Assembly (NCBI GenBank): GCA_963728405.1 | Contig: CAVSJV010000003.1 | Coordinates: forward strand, 128,001-192,000 | Direction of reading: 5' to 3' | Length of the DNA stretch: 64,000 nucleotides | From: Methanomassiliicoccaceae archaeon | GTDB taxonomy: Archaea; Thermoplasmatota; Thermoplasmata; Methanomassiliicoccales; Methanomassiliicoccaceae | Shown: positions 54,603 through 64,000 of the stretch, one piece after another | Layout: each line of letters starts with the position of its first letter | Position numbering within the stretch: position 1 is the stretch's first letter | Program-made: the position numbers and the translations under genes | Notes under the pieces: generated by a model | What the model was told of the DNA's origin: nothing | The model's input: the letters and a program-made list of their open reading frames with translations, nothing else | The model's database searches: none

Positions 54603-55085
54603 TCAGATGCGGCAGCCGGTCTGGCCCTTCTTCTCCAGGTACTTCTGGTGGTACTCCTCGGCCCGCCAGAACTTGGGAGCGGGGACGATCTCGGTGACGA
54701 TGGGGCCATGAAAGCGGCCTGACGACTGCGCCCGCTTCTTCGAGAGCTCCGCCAGGGCCTTTTGCTCCGGAGTGTAGTAGAAGATCGAGGACCGGTATTG
54801 GTCGCCGACATCGGGACCCTGGCGGTTCAGTGTGGTCGGGTTATGGATGCTCCAGAAAACATCGAGCAGTTGCTCATAAGTGAGCACCTCTGGATCAAAG
54901 ATGACGTCCACGACCTCGGCGTGACCGGTCTTATGGGAGCACACGTCCCGGTAGGTCGGGTTGTCGGTCGTGCCGCCCATGTACCCCACCTCGGTGGCTT
55001 TTACCCCTTTGGTTTGGTCGAAGGACAGCTGCACGCACCAGAAGCATCCGGCCCCAAAAGTGGCCCGTTCCGTTCTTCCGCTCAT
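54603..55085 (-). CDS. msrA: Peptide methionine-S-sulfoxide reductase (copy 2)
   Basis: GAGCFWC, GYMGG, TGHAE, RQG.D.G.QYRS, AEEYHQ.Y. Confidence 0.93.
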   Translation of the reverse strand: MSGRTERATFGAGCFWCVQLSFDQTKGVKATEVGYMGGTTDNPTYRDVCSHKTGHAEVVDVIFDPEVLTYEQLLDVFWSIHNPTTLNRQGPDVGDQYRSSIFYYTPEQKALAELSKKRAQSSGRFHGPIVTEIVPAPKFWRAEEYHQKYLEKKGQTGCRI

Positions 55086-55161
55086 GTCAGTCCTCGGTTC
55101 TCATTCTTGGAGATAGAGATACTTTTCATCGATGGAAAAGCCTTTCGCCGGTGAGACCGAC

Positions 55162-55644
55162 CTAGAGGGGGCAGACCGCCAGACCGCGCTTCTCAAGATA
55201 CCTTTGGTGGTACTCCTCGGCCCGCCAGAACTTGGGAGCGGGGACGATCTCGGTGACGACGTCGTTCTTATATTTGCCAGACTCCTGAAGCCGTTGCTTG
55301 GATTCTTCCGCTTCCTTCTTCTGCTCATCATTGTAGGTGAATATCACCGAGCGGTACTGATGGCCCACATCCGGCCCTTGGCGATTGGGGGTGGTCGGAT
55401 CATGGAGGTCCCAGAATACATCGAGCAGCTGCTCATAGGAAATCACCGAAGGATCGAAGGTCAGTTCCACGGTCTCGGCGTGGCCAGTCTTGCCAGAATG
55501 CACCTCTTCGTAGGTCGGGTTCTCGGTATGCCCGCCCATGTAACCCACCGCTGCGTCCGTTACTCCCTTCACTTTGCGAAAGTCCGCTTCCACGTGCCAG
55601 AAACAGCCTGCCGCGAATGCCGCCTTCTCGAGATTGGCTTCCAT
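55162..55644 (-). CDS. msrA: Peptide methionine-S-sulfoxide reductase (copy 1)
   Basis: AAGCFWHVE, GYMGG, TGHAE, QYRS, AEEYHQ.Y. Confidence 0.93.
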   Translation of the reverse strand: MEANLEKAAFAAGCFWHVEADFRKVKGVTDAAVGYMGGHTENPTYEEVHSGKTGHAETVELTFDPSVISYEQLLDVFWDLHDPTTPNRQGPDVGHQYRSVIFTYNDEQKKEAEESKQRLQESGKYKNDVVTEIVPAPKFWRAEEYHQRYLEKRGLAVCPL

Positions 55645-55734
55645 TTTTACACCTCGCCCATTACTTGCGAGACAGTGGTACTTATTGATTCGACCTGCTA
55701 TCGTGCAGGGGCCAGGCACTTTGAGCTGAGCCGG

Positions 55735-55748
55735 GAAATGTTTATATC
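55735..55748 (+). promoter_or_regulatory. BRE/TATA promoter of the tRNA(CAT) gene
   Basis: GAAATG-TTTATATC about 26-33 bp upstream of the tRNA 5' end. Confidence 0.6.
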
Positions 55749-55773
55749 GGTATGGCCGTTAACCAATTCGCAC

Positions 55774-55870
55774 GGGCCCGTAGCTTAGTCCGGTGGAGCG
55801 TCAGGCTCATAGGAGTCCCTGTGGGACCTGAGATACCCGATGGTCGTCGGTTCAAATCCGACCGGGCCCA
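55774..55870 (+). tRNA. tRNA(CAT), probably Ile2 (agmatidine type) rather than Met, with 23-nt intron (55812-55834)
   Basis: GGGCCCG/CGGGCCC acceptor with C4:G69 and A73, CTCATA loop, BHB helix CTCA/TGAG, GTCGG-TTCAAAT-CCGAC T-arm. Confidence 0.88.
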
Positions 55871-55989
55871 CCTTTTCTATCCAATACTTTGAATATAAGT
55901 ATCGTTCGGTCAGCAGTTGATAATCGCGCCGTTCTGCCTATCTTCTTCAACGCCTCGATCGTCCGGTGAAGTCATCGGCCAATCATCGG

Positions 55990-56174
55990 TTTGTTTGGGA
56001 ACAGGTCGGCGCCCAGCCCATGGCCTTCTCGCGGTCGCCCTTGAGCAGCGAGCCGGTCATGACGCTACCTTGGGCGCCCTGTCGGGGTACCTTTCCCTCA
56101 CGAATCTGAGCACCTCGTAGCCGTCGCGCTTGGGGATGTTGAGGTCGAGGACGCTGAGGTCAGGGGCCTCGGCA
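55990..56174 (-). pseudogene. Response-regulator receiver remnant
   Basis: Manual translation EAPDLSVLDLNIPKRDGYEVLRFVRE...MTGS; N-terminus missing. Confidence 0.7.
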
Positions 56175-56181
56175 TCAGTTC

Positions 56182-57705
56182 TCACCGCTTTGGGATGGTG
56201 AAGTAGAATGTCGTTCCCTCTTCCGACGCCGACTCGAACCAGATGCGACCGCCGTGGCGCTCCACGATCCTCTTGGATAGCGCCAGTCCCATTCCGGTCC
56301 CCTCGTACTCAGCTCTAGTATGCAACCGTTGGAACATCTTGAACAGGCGGTCCTTGTATCGGGGGTCGATGCCAATGCCGTTGTCGCTGACAGAGAACAC
56401 CCAGTCCCGGCCATCCTCGTGCGCGGAGACGTGTATCTGTGGCGCGGCAACGCCCCGATACTTGACCGCGTTACCGATCAGGTTCCCCAATAGTAGGACC
56501 ATCTGAGACTTGTCAGCTACCGCTGTCGGCAGAGCATCGTTGGTTATCGAAGCGCCGCTCTCCTCGATACTCACCTTGAGGTCCTTGAGGACGACGGCCA
56601 GCACCTCGCCCATGTCCACGGGAGTGAATGAGTTACCCTGGGTCTCCACGCGCGAATAGGCGAGGAGGTCGTCGATCATTGCCACCATCCTCTTAGCGCC
56701 GTCCATGGCGAAGCGCATGTACTCTTTCGACCTATCATCTAGCTTGTTCTTGTTCACCCTCTCGAGGAGCTGCAGGTAGCTCGTCACCATCCTCAGCGGC
56801 TCCTTCAGGTCGTGCGAGGCGACGTAAGCGAACTGCTGCAGCTCGGCGTTGGAGCGTCTTAGCTCGTCCTCCATCTCCTTACGCTCGGTGATGTCCCGGG
56901 CCATGCCGACGATGCCGATTATCTTGCCATCAGAATCATGGTGCGGGGTCTTGGTCGTGAGGAAGGTCCTGTACCCTGCGGGCGTTTGCACCCGTTCTTC
57001 CAGCACCTCTCCGACGCCGGAGTCCATGATGCGGCGGTCGATGGCCATGAGGTTATGGCCGACCTCAGGGTCGTCGTATATCTCGGTATCGTTCTTGCCG
57101 AGCACCTCTTCGAGCGGTTTTCCCACGACCTGCAACAAAGCAGGATTGGCCAGCAGCCATCGGCTCTCCCGGTCTTTCAGGAACACCGGGTCGGTCGTGG
57201 TCTCCAGGACCGCTTTCAGGAGGGCTTCGCTCTCGCTCAGCTCCTTAGTGCGCTCATCCACTTTCTCTTCCAGGCCCTCCTTAGCTTCCTTAAGCATCTC
57301 GTTCGAGTCTTCGATGCTTCTCTCGGTGCGCTTCCTTTGGATGGCCAGGTATGCCATCAGCCAGATGAGAAACAGGGCGATGGCTCGATTGTAGTAGCTG
57401 TTGTAGGCAACACCGCCGGAAGGGGAGATCAGGTAGCCGATGGGGACGAGGACGCTGCATATTATGGCGATCGCATAGGTCATTCGCTCGCTCTTGGAGA
57501 GAATGGTCAAACCGACCGGAATGGTGTACAGCACGCCGATACCCAGCCCTACGGGCGTAAGTGCATCGATGGCCAGGATCGCCGCGAACGAAACTAGGCA
57601 GGCTGCTAGGACGAGCCTATCCCTTGTTTTATCTTCCGGCCTCATGCCCGGCGGCTCAGTGTTTTTCTTGTTTGCGCCCATTAGTGAGTTCCAGCCCTCG
57701 CCCAT
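56182..57705 (-). CDS. Membrane PAS sensor histidine kinase
   Basis: 4 TM, PAS (KDRE..NPA, DITERK), [28 protein letters not shown]. Confidence 0.95.
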   Translation of the reverse strand: MGEGWNSLMGANKKNTEPPGMRPEDKTRDRLVLAACLVSFAAILAIDALTPVGLGIGVLYTIPVGLTILSKSERMTYAIAIICSVLVPIGYLISPSGGVAYNSYYNRAIALFLIWLMAYLAIQRKRTERSIEDSNEMLKEAKEGLEEKVDERTKELSESEALLKAVLETTTDPVFLKDRESRWLLANPALLQVVGKPLEEVLGKNDTEIYDDPEVGHNLMAIDRRIMDSGVGEVLEERVQTPAGYRTFLTTKTPHHDSDGKIIGIVGMARDITERKEMEDELRRSNAELQQFAYVASHDLKEPLRMVTSYLQLLERVNKNKLDDRSKEYMRFAMDGAKRMVAMIDDLLAYSRVETQGNSFTPVDMGEVLAVVLKDLKVSIEESGASITNDALPTAVADKSQMVLLLGNLIGNAVKYRGVAAPQIHVSAHEDGRDWVFSVSDNGIGIDPRYKDRLFKMFQRLHTRAEYEGTGMGLALSKRIVERHGGRIWFESASEEGTTFYFTIPKR

Positions 57706-58049
57706 TGGGTTATGGTCAATTATCCATTTGGATAATCATACTTGAACCCTCCCCACAAGCGAACGACAAGATGGGATTTATCAATATTGTATTTGTTTAG
57801 AATTTGGTCAATCCTCGGACCACTCAGTTACATAAGGGAATTAAAAATGAGGATCCAAATTTCTTAAGTTCTGGGGAATGCGTCAGCTTCGGTATTGGTC
57901 CCATGTTGGCCAAAGAAAAATGAAATGGGTTTTTTAAAAGCGCCAGCATACCACCACATGAGCATGTGCTCATCACAAATGTCGAACGGATACTCCTCGA
58001 CGAGACCGGCCGGTGCAGGCCTCATCCCCGTAAATCCTCGTTGCATCGC

Positions 58050-58631
58050 TCATCTGAACGGCCTGAATGACCAATCGCCAAGGCCAGGACGATTCGTATT
58101 GGATGGCAGATCACGTCTGAGCGCTCTCCGGTCTGGCATGTGTCGCTTTCTCGTATCGGCCATTAGCGCTGCACATGGGGCGTCCTGATGATCTTCCATT
58201 TGGCCCTTGCCATCCAATGGGACGATGTTCTTCCTCAACCACCGGCGGGTGGCGTCGAACTCGCTCTCCACCGATGGTTTGATGCGGTAGTCGGTCACGC
58301 CCATGGCCCGGGCTTTTTTCTCATCTTCCTTGTTCAACGAACCGGTCATGACCACCACAGGGATTGTCCTGAGCGCGGGTGTCGACTTCATGAACGCTAG
58401 GACCTCAAAGCCGTGGACCTTTGGAAGATTGAGATCCAGGATGACAAAGTCGGGGATGGGACTTTTGGGATGACCTCCCTCATTCCCTAGGATGTTCAGA
58501 GCTTGCTGTCCATTCTGAGCCAATGTGACGTGCAACGGCAATCCCATGGTTTCCAGTAACTCGGAGATGAGGAGGGCATCACCTGGGTTATCTTCGATAA
58601 TCAGAACTTCAATTGGCTTCTCCATGCTCAT
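58050..58631 (-). CDS. Response regulator receiver protein with C-terminal extension
   Basis: IEDNPGD, ILDLNLPK..G.EVL, MTGS, KP; ATGA overlap with the upstream kinase. Confidence 0.9.
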   Translation of the reverse strand: MSMEKPIEVLIIEDNPGDALLISELLETMGLPLHVTLAQNGQQALNILGNEGGHPKSPIPDFVILDLNLPKVHGFEVLAFMKSTPALRTIPVVVMTGSLNKEDEKKARAMGVTDYRIKPSVESEFDATRRWLRKNIVPLDGKGQMEDHQDAPCAALMADTRKRHMPDRRALRRDLPSNTNRPGLGDWSFRPFR

Positions 58632-60106
58632 CTTCTCAACTCCTTGGGAATGGTGAAGTAGAAGGTTGTTCCCCGTCCAGGTAGCGATTCGAACCATATC
58701 TTACCACCATGCCGCTCGACGATCTTCTTGCTGATGGCCAGACCGATACCAGTACCTTCATATTCTTGAGTACTGTGCAGCCGCTGGAACAGGATAAATA
58801 TTTTTTCCTTGTACCTTGGATCGATGCCGATGCCGTTGTCATGGATGGAGAATATCCATTCTTGGCCTCCGTCCTTGCAAGATATGTGTACGATAGGTCG
58901 CTCCGCCCCATGGAATTTGATGGCGTTGCTGATCAGGTTCTGCATTACCTGCACCATCTGCAATTCATCGGCCAGGATAGTAGGCAGAGGGTCATGAGAG
59001 ACGGAGGCGTTCAACTCTTTGATTCGGACCGAGAGATTGTCAAGGGTCTTGTCGAGCACTGCTTCCATGCTCGTCAGCTGGGTGGGGCTGACATGCATAT
59101 CGACCCTGGAGAACGCCAGTAGGTCCTGTACCAGGTCTTTCGCTCTCAACCCGCCATCGATGGCGAATTGCATGTACTGCCGTGCTTTTTCATCCAGCTG
59201 GCCCTTATAGCGTTTATCCAAGAGCGTCAGGTAAGCGGTCACCATTCTCAATGGCTCCTGCAGGTCGTGCGAGGCGACGTAAGCGAACTGCTGCAGCTCG
59301 GCGTTGGAGCGCTTAAGGTCCTCCTCCATCTCCTTCCTCTCGGTGATGTCCTCGTAGACGCCCAGGACCCCGAAGATGTTGCCGTCCGGATCGCGCAATG
59401 GCACCTTGGAGGTCTGCAGCCACCGCGTGCTGCCATCGCTCTGGACCTGTATCTCCTCGAAGTTGATCTTCGGTCTGCCGCTCTCGATGACCTGACGATC
59501 GTCCCTCTGGTAGCAGGCGGCCGACTCCCGCCAGGCCAGCTCGTGGTCGTTCTTGCCGATGATCTCCTTGGGATCGGAGAGCCCGGCGTCCCGGGCGGCG
59601 GTCCGGTTCGCACCCAGGAAGTTCAGCTCCCGGTCCTTCCAGAACACCCGGTCCGGCACATTGTCCAGGACCAGCTGGAGCATTTGTTGGGAGCTCTGCA
59701 ATGCCATCTCGGCCCTCTTGCGCTCGGTGATGAAGTGGTCCACCAAGACGGCCACGGTCCAAAGGGCGACCAGCGACTCGGGCCGGTTGAAGAGCGGGAA
59801 GAGGATTTCTCCCGGTGGCTTGAGCGGTACAGCGACCAAGGTAAGTATCGACGATACTGCTGCCACCAGGAAAATGGTCCGCCTCCTAGGTGACCAGATG
59901 CAGATCAGCACGGGGATGACGTACAGGATACTGACGACCAACCCGATTGCAAGCGATATGTCGAGGAGAAATATCGAAGCGATGAGCATACTGCATACTA
60001 TCAGGATGTCTTGTTCATTCAGTTCCAGCAGGAACTTTGGAAGGCGGGTTTTCTTCACCAGGGTGGTTTCTTTATTGTTACTCTGATCCTTATCTTCAGG
60101 AGCCAT
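58628..60106 (-). CDS. Membrane PAS sensor histidine kinase
   Basis: 4 TM, PAS (FWKDRE, DITERK), [28 protein letters not shown]. Confidence 0.95.
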   Translation of the reverse strand: MAPEDKDQSNNKETTLVKKTRLPKFLLELNEQDILIVCSMLIASIFLLDISLAIGLVVSILYVIPVLICIWSPRRRTIFLVAAVSSILTLVAVPLKPPGEILFPLFNRPESLVALWTVAVLVDHFITERKRAEMALQSSQQMLQLVLDNVPDRVFWKDRELNFLGANRTAARDAGLSDPKEIIGKNDHELAWRESAACYQRDDRQVIESGRPKINFEEIQVQSDGSTRWLQTSKVPLRDPDGNIFGVLGVYEDITERKEMEEDLKRSNAELQQFAYVASHDLQEPLRMVTAYLTLLDKRYKGQLDEKARQYMQFAIDGGLRAKDLVQDLLAFSRVDMHVSPTQLTSMEAVLDKTLDNLSVRIKELNASVSHDPLPTILADELQMVQVMQNLISNAIKFHGAERPIVHISCKDGGQEWIFSIHDNGIGIDPRYKEKIFILFQRLHSTQEYEGTGIGLAISKKIVERHGGKIWFESLPGRGTTFYFTIPKELRR

Positions 60107-60515
60107 GGAATTCCGTTTGCCAGATGCCCGGCTAGCTCAGATTAGATTGGCATCGCGGCATTTAATCGTTGGTATTTATTATGAAATGGCCAGGGAACCC
60201 AGATATAGAAAATGGCCAAAGTTGAATTGAAAAAGGGGCGTCCATTGAGTGTTCATGAACGGTGACGGCGGCCTCCAATAAACAATCTCGCGCAAATTGG
60301 TTGGAGCCGCTAACATTCGACCGGGGTACTTCTTTGTCCATCCCCCGCCGTCCATCGTGGTGAGGCCCCGATCTCGATTCGTTAAGGACGAGAGGCCGGG
60401 CCTAGGAGCTACGCGTTCTCCAATTACGAACCCCGTTCTCCATGATCGTGCGAGCGTTCGCCCCATCAACGTAACTTTAAAAAATGTAACCGTGTTCATC
60501 CCCCTGGATCACCCC

Positions 60516-62315
60516 ATGGATGCTGAGACCAGACTCCTATTTGACATAACCCTGATGCTGATCGTGGCGGGGGTTTGCTCGATCGTTCTGGCCAAGTTCA
60601 AGCTCCCCTCCATCATCGGCTATCTGACCGCAGGCATCCTCCTGGGCCCATACATCTTTCCCGAGGTCGTGGTCCAGCCGGACACGGTGGAGATCTTCGC
60701 GAAAATAGGCATCGTCATGCTGATGTTCTTCATCGGCCTCGAGCTCAACCTCAAAGGATTAAGGAAGGTTGCCTCTTTCGCCATGATCATCGCGGCCATC
60801 GAGATGACCCTGATGGTCGTCATCGGATATTCCATCGGCCTGGCCCTTGGTCTAGGCACCCCCGAGGCGGTCTTCCTCGGAGTGACCATCTCCTGCGCCA
60901 GCACCGCCGTGGTGCTGGGAGTGATGAAGGACAATAAGCACATGGATGGTAAACTTTCAAAGGCGGTGCTGGGCATCCTCATCATGGAGGACATCGGCAT
61001 CGTCATCATACTGGCGATATCGGCGCCGATCATGGGCACTAGCAGCTCATCGTCCATGCTGGACACGTTCATTGTGATCATAGCATTCATCGGTATGAGC
61101 GTGGTCATCGGCCTCGCCGCCGTCCCCAGAATGCTCAACTGGGTCAGGAAGCACTATTCGGGGGAAACGCTTTTCATCGTCTCGGTTGGCATCGGCTTCG
61201 GATTGGCCCTCATCTCCAACTACATCGGCCTGTCCGAGGCGATAGGGGCTTTCCTGGCCGGGATCATCGTTTCACAGGCCACCTGCTCGGATGACATCTG
61301 CATCAAGGTCGAGCCGATGAAGGAGCTGTTCATGTCCGTCTTCTTCCTGTCCATAGGTCTCCAGCTTGATCCGACATTGATGGTCTACGGTCTGCCCCTG
61401 GCCTTGACCATCGCGGCCATCTTCATCACCGGCAAGCTGGTCAGCGTGGGACTGGGCTGCTACATGGCCAATTTCAAGGCCCGATCGGCCTTTCTGGTCG
61501 CCGCAAGTATGGTGGCCATGGGTGAGTTCACCTTCGTAGTGGCAAAGATCGCCCTCGATGGAAAAGTTATCACCAATGCACTGTACTCGTCGGTCATCGG
61601 GGCGGCCCTGGTCACCATGCTCCTGCTGCCCTTCATCTCCAAGAGCGCCCCCTCGCTGTTCGATGGGGTCGTGGCAAGGATGCCCAGGGGCATCTGCGCC
61701 CCCCTGGGCAAGATAGAGAGCATGCGCATGGCCGCTCGGGAGAGGTTGAGGACCTCGGCGGAGCTGAAGAGGAAGATCCGGAACCAGCTGCTGTTCATCT
61801 TCGTCGACTTCGTCATCATCCTGGTCATTCTGCTCGCGGCGAATCTCCTGACCTTTGTTAGGGATATCGCGACCAGCTATTCGGATGATGTTAACATCCT
61901 CCCATCGATCTTGCTCTTCATCATCGAGCTCGCCCTCACCCTCCCCGTGGTCATCAATATCGTGAGCAGGCTGAGAAGGATCGCCGAGCTTTTGACCCGG
62001 GCCTTGACGGACCAGGATGAGCATCTGGCGATCGGCAAGACCGGAACCTACAAATTCTTCCGCAATATCGGTTCGGCTCTCTCGTTGGTGCTACTGTCAT
62101 TGGTGATCGCGCAGTTCCTCCCAGGTGTGGAGGGCCTTCCCCCGGCCTGGATATTCCAGATCGCCATTGCAGTGCTGGCCGTGACCTGGCTTACCTGGGA
62201 CACCATCCATTCGTTCCACGGGAAGCTATCCACCTCCCTCAGCAAAGGGATCATAGGGACCGAACCGGGGTTGGAAGAAGGGAAAGAGAGGGCCCATCCG
62301 CCAATGAAGCAGTAA
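60516..62315 (+). CDS. CPA2 cation:proton antiporter with extra C-terminal membrane domain
   Basis: P.IIGYL.AG, FFIGLE, SCASTA, GILIMED, GAFLAG, FFLSIG, GEF. Confidence 0.9.
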   Translation: MDAETRLLFDITLMLIVAGVCSIVLAKFKLPSIIGYLTAGILLGPYIFPEVVVQPDTVEIFAKIGIVMLMFFIGLELNLKGLRKVASFAMIIAAIEMTLMVVIGYSIGLALGLGTPEAVFLGVTISCASTAVVLGVMKDNKHMDGKLSKAVLGILIMEDIGIVIILAISAPIMGTSSSSSMLDTFIVIIAFIGMSVVIGLAAVPRMLNWVRKHYSGETLFIVSVGIGFGLALISNYIGLSEAIGAFLAGIIVSQATCSDDICIKVEPMKELFMSVFFLSIGLQLDPTLMVYGLPLALTIAAIFITGKLVSVGLGCYMANFKARSAFLVAASMVAMGEFTFVVAKIALDGKVITNALYSSVIGAALVTMLLLPFISKSAPSLFDGVVARMPRGICAPLGKIESMRMAARERLRTSAELKRKIRNQLLFIFVDFVIILVILLAANLLTFVRDIATSYSDDVNILPSILLFIIELALTLPVVINIVSRLRRIAELLTRALTDQDEHLAIGKTGTYKFFRNIGSALSLVLLSLVIAQFLPGVEGLPPAWIFQIAIAVLAVTWLTWDTIHSFHGKLSTSLSKGIIGTEPGLEEGKERAHPPMKQ

Positions 62316-62460
62316 CGCTGGCGACCAGGAGGAGGGACCCCCCTGCCCACCTCTAAGCCGGTACGAGCGCGCTTGTCCACCGCTCCCTTCTAATCTCCCC
62401 AGGCCTCGCCTGCCAACGGGTCAGCCCCTTTCCTTGCAGCATATTCGCTTAGGCCGTTCG

Positions 62461-63207
62461 CTAAACCTTATCGATCACATACAAATGGCAAATGCCAAAG
62501 GTCAGCGGGATCGACCTGACCACCCTGAAACGATGCTCCTCGAACAATGCCTCGATGGATTCGGGAGAGGGGAACCTCCTGATAGACTCGCCAAGGTATC
62601 CATAAGCAGCGCGGTTCCCAGATTGTAGACCACCTATGAACGGCAATATCTTGGTCAGATAAGCGAGGTAGATTTGCTTGATCATTGGATATTTGGGCAT
62701 GGAGAACTCCAGGAGGGCCAGCTTGCCCCGGGGTCGCAGGATGCGATGAGTCTCTTCCAAGAAGGCCCCAATGTCGGTCATGTTCCTAATCCCGAAGCCT
62801 ACCATGGCCCTATCGAAGGTCCCATCAGCGAAGGGCATGTTCAGCGCGTCGCCCTGAATGGCCGAGATTGTTTCCCCATCGAACGCCGTTCCCCATTTTC
62901 GTGAGGCCGCCATGAGCATGTTCCTGGACAGATCTATACCGACGACTGGGCAACCTATCGTGGATCTAGCCAGGATAGCAAGGTCTCCCGTGCCGGTGGC
63001 GATATCAAGGACCGTGTCGCCCTTCCGGATGGCAAGCTCGTCCAAGGCAAGCGTCCTCCATCTGACATCCACCGACATCGACAAAATATGGTTCAGCAGA
63101 TCATAGGTCGGGGTGATGTCATCAAACAACTTTCCGATCCGTTTTGGGGCCTTGTCGATCGTTCCCTCCACATCCATCCCCCCGAATTTCCTATCTGGTC
63201 CGTTCAT
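62461..63207 (-). CDS. ubiE: UbiE/MenG-family C-methyltransferase
   Basis: FDDI...YDLLN.ILS...D..WR, LDIATGTGD, GFGIRN, AYGYLGESI.RFP. Confidence 0.88.
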   Translation of the reverse strand: MNGPDRKFGGMDVEGTIDKAPKRIGKLFDDITPTYDLLNHILSMSVDVRWRTLALDELAIRKGDTVLDIATGTGDLAILARSTIGCPVVGIDLSRNMLMAASRKWGTAFDGETISAIQGDALNMPFADGTFDRAMVGFGIRNMTDIGAFLEETHRILRPRGKLALLEFSMPKYPMIKQIYLAYLTKILPFIGGLQSGNRAAYGYLGESIRRFPSPESIEALFEEHRFRVVRSIPLTFGICHLYVIDKV

Positions 63208-63213
63208 TGCGCC

Positions 63214-64000
63214 TCAGAGCGTTAATAGTAACGACACCACGATGCCGATCGACACGAACACTTGAGTTATCAGAACGACCTGTACATTCGCTTTCAGGCT
63301 TTGCACGAACGACTCGATCCTTCTCGGGTCCGTGAACGACATGTTCGCAGCTTTGAATGCGAAGGGGATGGTGATCAGCCCAAGGAGGCATAGTGGCGGT
63401 ATCATGCTCATGCCGACGAACAGGATGATAATCCCGTAGACCGAGAAGGTCAGTAGGGTGTAGAGCTTCGCCGCCCGCTTCGTACCGAGACTGATCACCA
63501 GGTTTCTCCGCCCTCCCCTGATGTCGGCATCGACGTCAGGGAACTCATTGAGCAGCAACAGGTTAAAGGTGAGAATGCCCGCGGCTACGGCCAAGATCAC
63601 GCAGTCTGATGATATGATCGGTCGGTGCACCATGTACGCACCGATGACCGGCAGGAATCCGAGACCAAGTCCAGCAGATATCTCTCCTAGCTTGTTCCTA
63701 GCAAATATCTGAGTGTAGAACAACGAAAAGACCATCCCCAGGACGACCAGGGGCAGTAGGACCAGACCGACCTCGATTACCAGGTATGCGCTCAGAAAGG
63801 CAGCGAGGATGAAACAACCAATGGCCGCATCGAGGACCTGGCGAGGCATAAGCAACCCTTCTTGCAGAGTACCAGTGCCTCCATTGAACATCGTCCGGTT
63901 TGTATGGAGATCCAATCCGGTCTTATGGTCGTAGTATTCATTCAAGGTATTCACGGTTATATGGAGCAGCACCAGGATCGCTGTGAACAAGATAAAGTTC
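63214..64000 (-). CDS. MenA/UBIAD1-like prenyltransferase (5' part outside window)
   Basis: NEYYD..TG.D and NEFPD.DAD..GGR Asp-rich motifs, many TM helices; directly upstream of ubiE. Confidence 0.82.
   Translation of the reverse strand, partial: NFILFTAILVLLHITVNTLNEYYDHKTGLDLHTNRTMFNGGTGTLQEGLLMPRQVLDAAIGCFILAAFLSAYLVIEVGLVLLPLVVLGMVFSLFYTQIFARNKLGEISAGLGLGFLPVIGAYMVHRPIISSDCVILAVAAGILTFNLLLLNEFPDVDADIRGGRRNLVISLGTKRAAKLYTLLTFSVYGIIILFVGMSMIPPLCLLGLITIPFAFKAANMSFTDPRRIESFVQSLKANVQVVLITQVFVSIGIVVSLLLTL

Noticed and set aside
49927-55774. Integrative element using tRNA-Asn as attB
   Set aside because: No integrase and no duplicated tRNA 3' end found
57864-58046. 60-aa ORF after the response regulator
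   Set aside because: No recognisable motif; may be a frameshifted tail or noise
60297-60515. 73-aa N-terminal extension of the antiporter ORF
   Set aside because: Non-protein-like; a TATA-like TTTAAAAA lies just upstream of ATG 60516
1-64000. CRISPR array, cas genes, reverse transcriptase, integrase or viral genes
   Set aside because: No regularly spaced repeats or diagnostic motifs seen; the TnpB proteins have IS-type ends and no array, so they are not called Cas12f

Overview
Chromosomal window from a GC-rich archaeon. Gene content (CDC48, aTrm56, archaeal Elp3, PRC-barrel proteins, BHB-intron tRNAs, PAS histidine kinases) looks most like Methanomassiliicoccales/Thermoplasmatota; this assignment is inference. 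Many genes, including housekeeping ones, carry single-base frameshifts, so the assembly probably has indel errors and pseudogene calls are uncertain. Layout: (1) 1-2 kb: porC fragment, rubrerythrin, ilvE, and an ABC ATPase remnant. (2) 2.2-22.1 kb: a surface-glycosylation island with a heptose pathway (hddA, fused gmhA-gmhB), many GT2/GT4 genes, two giant GT-C/YfhO/AftD-like membrane proteins, an IS5-family element and an Alg13/Alg14 pair. (3) 22-33 kb: two TnpB (IS200/IS605) elements, an NDP-sugar synthase, DUF89, CDC48, a Vps62-like protein and an RLAN + RimK pair. (4) 33-49.8 kb: housekeeping and transport genes. (5) 49.8-55.9 kb: an oxidative-stress islet between two intron-containing tRNAs, with a second IS5. 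(6) 56-64 kb: two-component genes, a CPA2 antiporter and a menA-like/ubiE pair. I found no CRISPR array, reverse transcriptase, integrase or prophage. Best leads: the repeated GT2/GT4/GT-C cassettes; a TnpB right end that now supplies the stop codon of a host gene; a 93-bp insert with an 8-bp direct repeat; three independent 38-55 bp perfect-identity tracts between paralogous sequences; and a palindrome-rich intergenic element.
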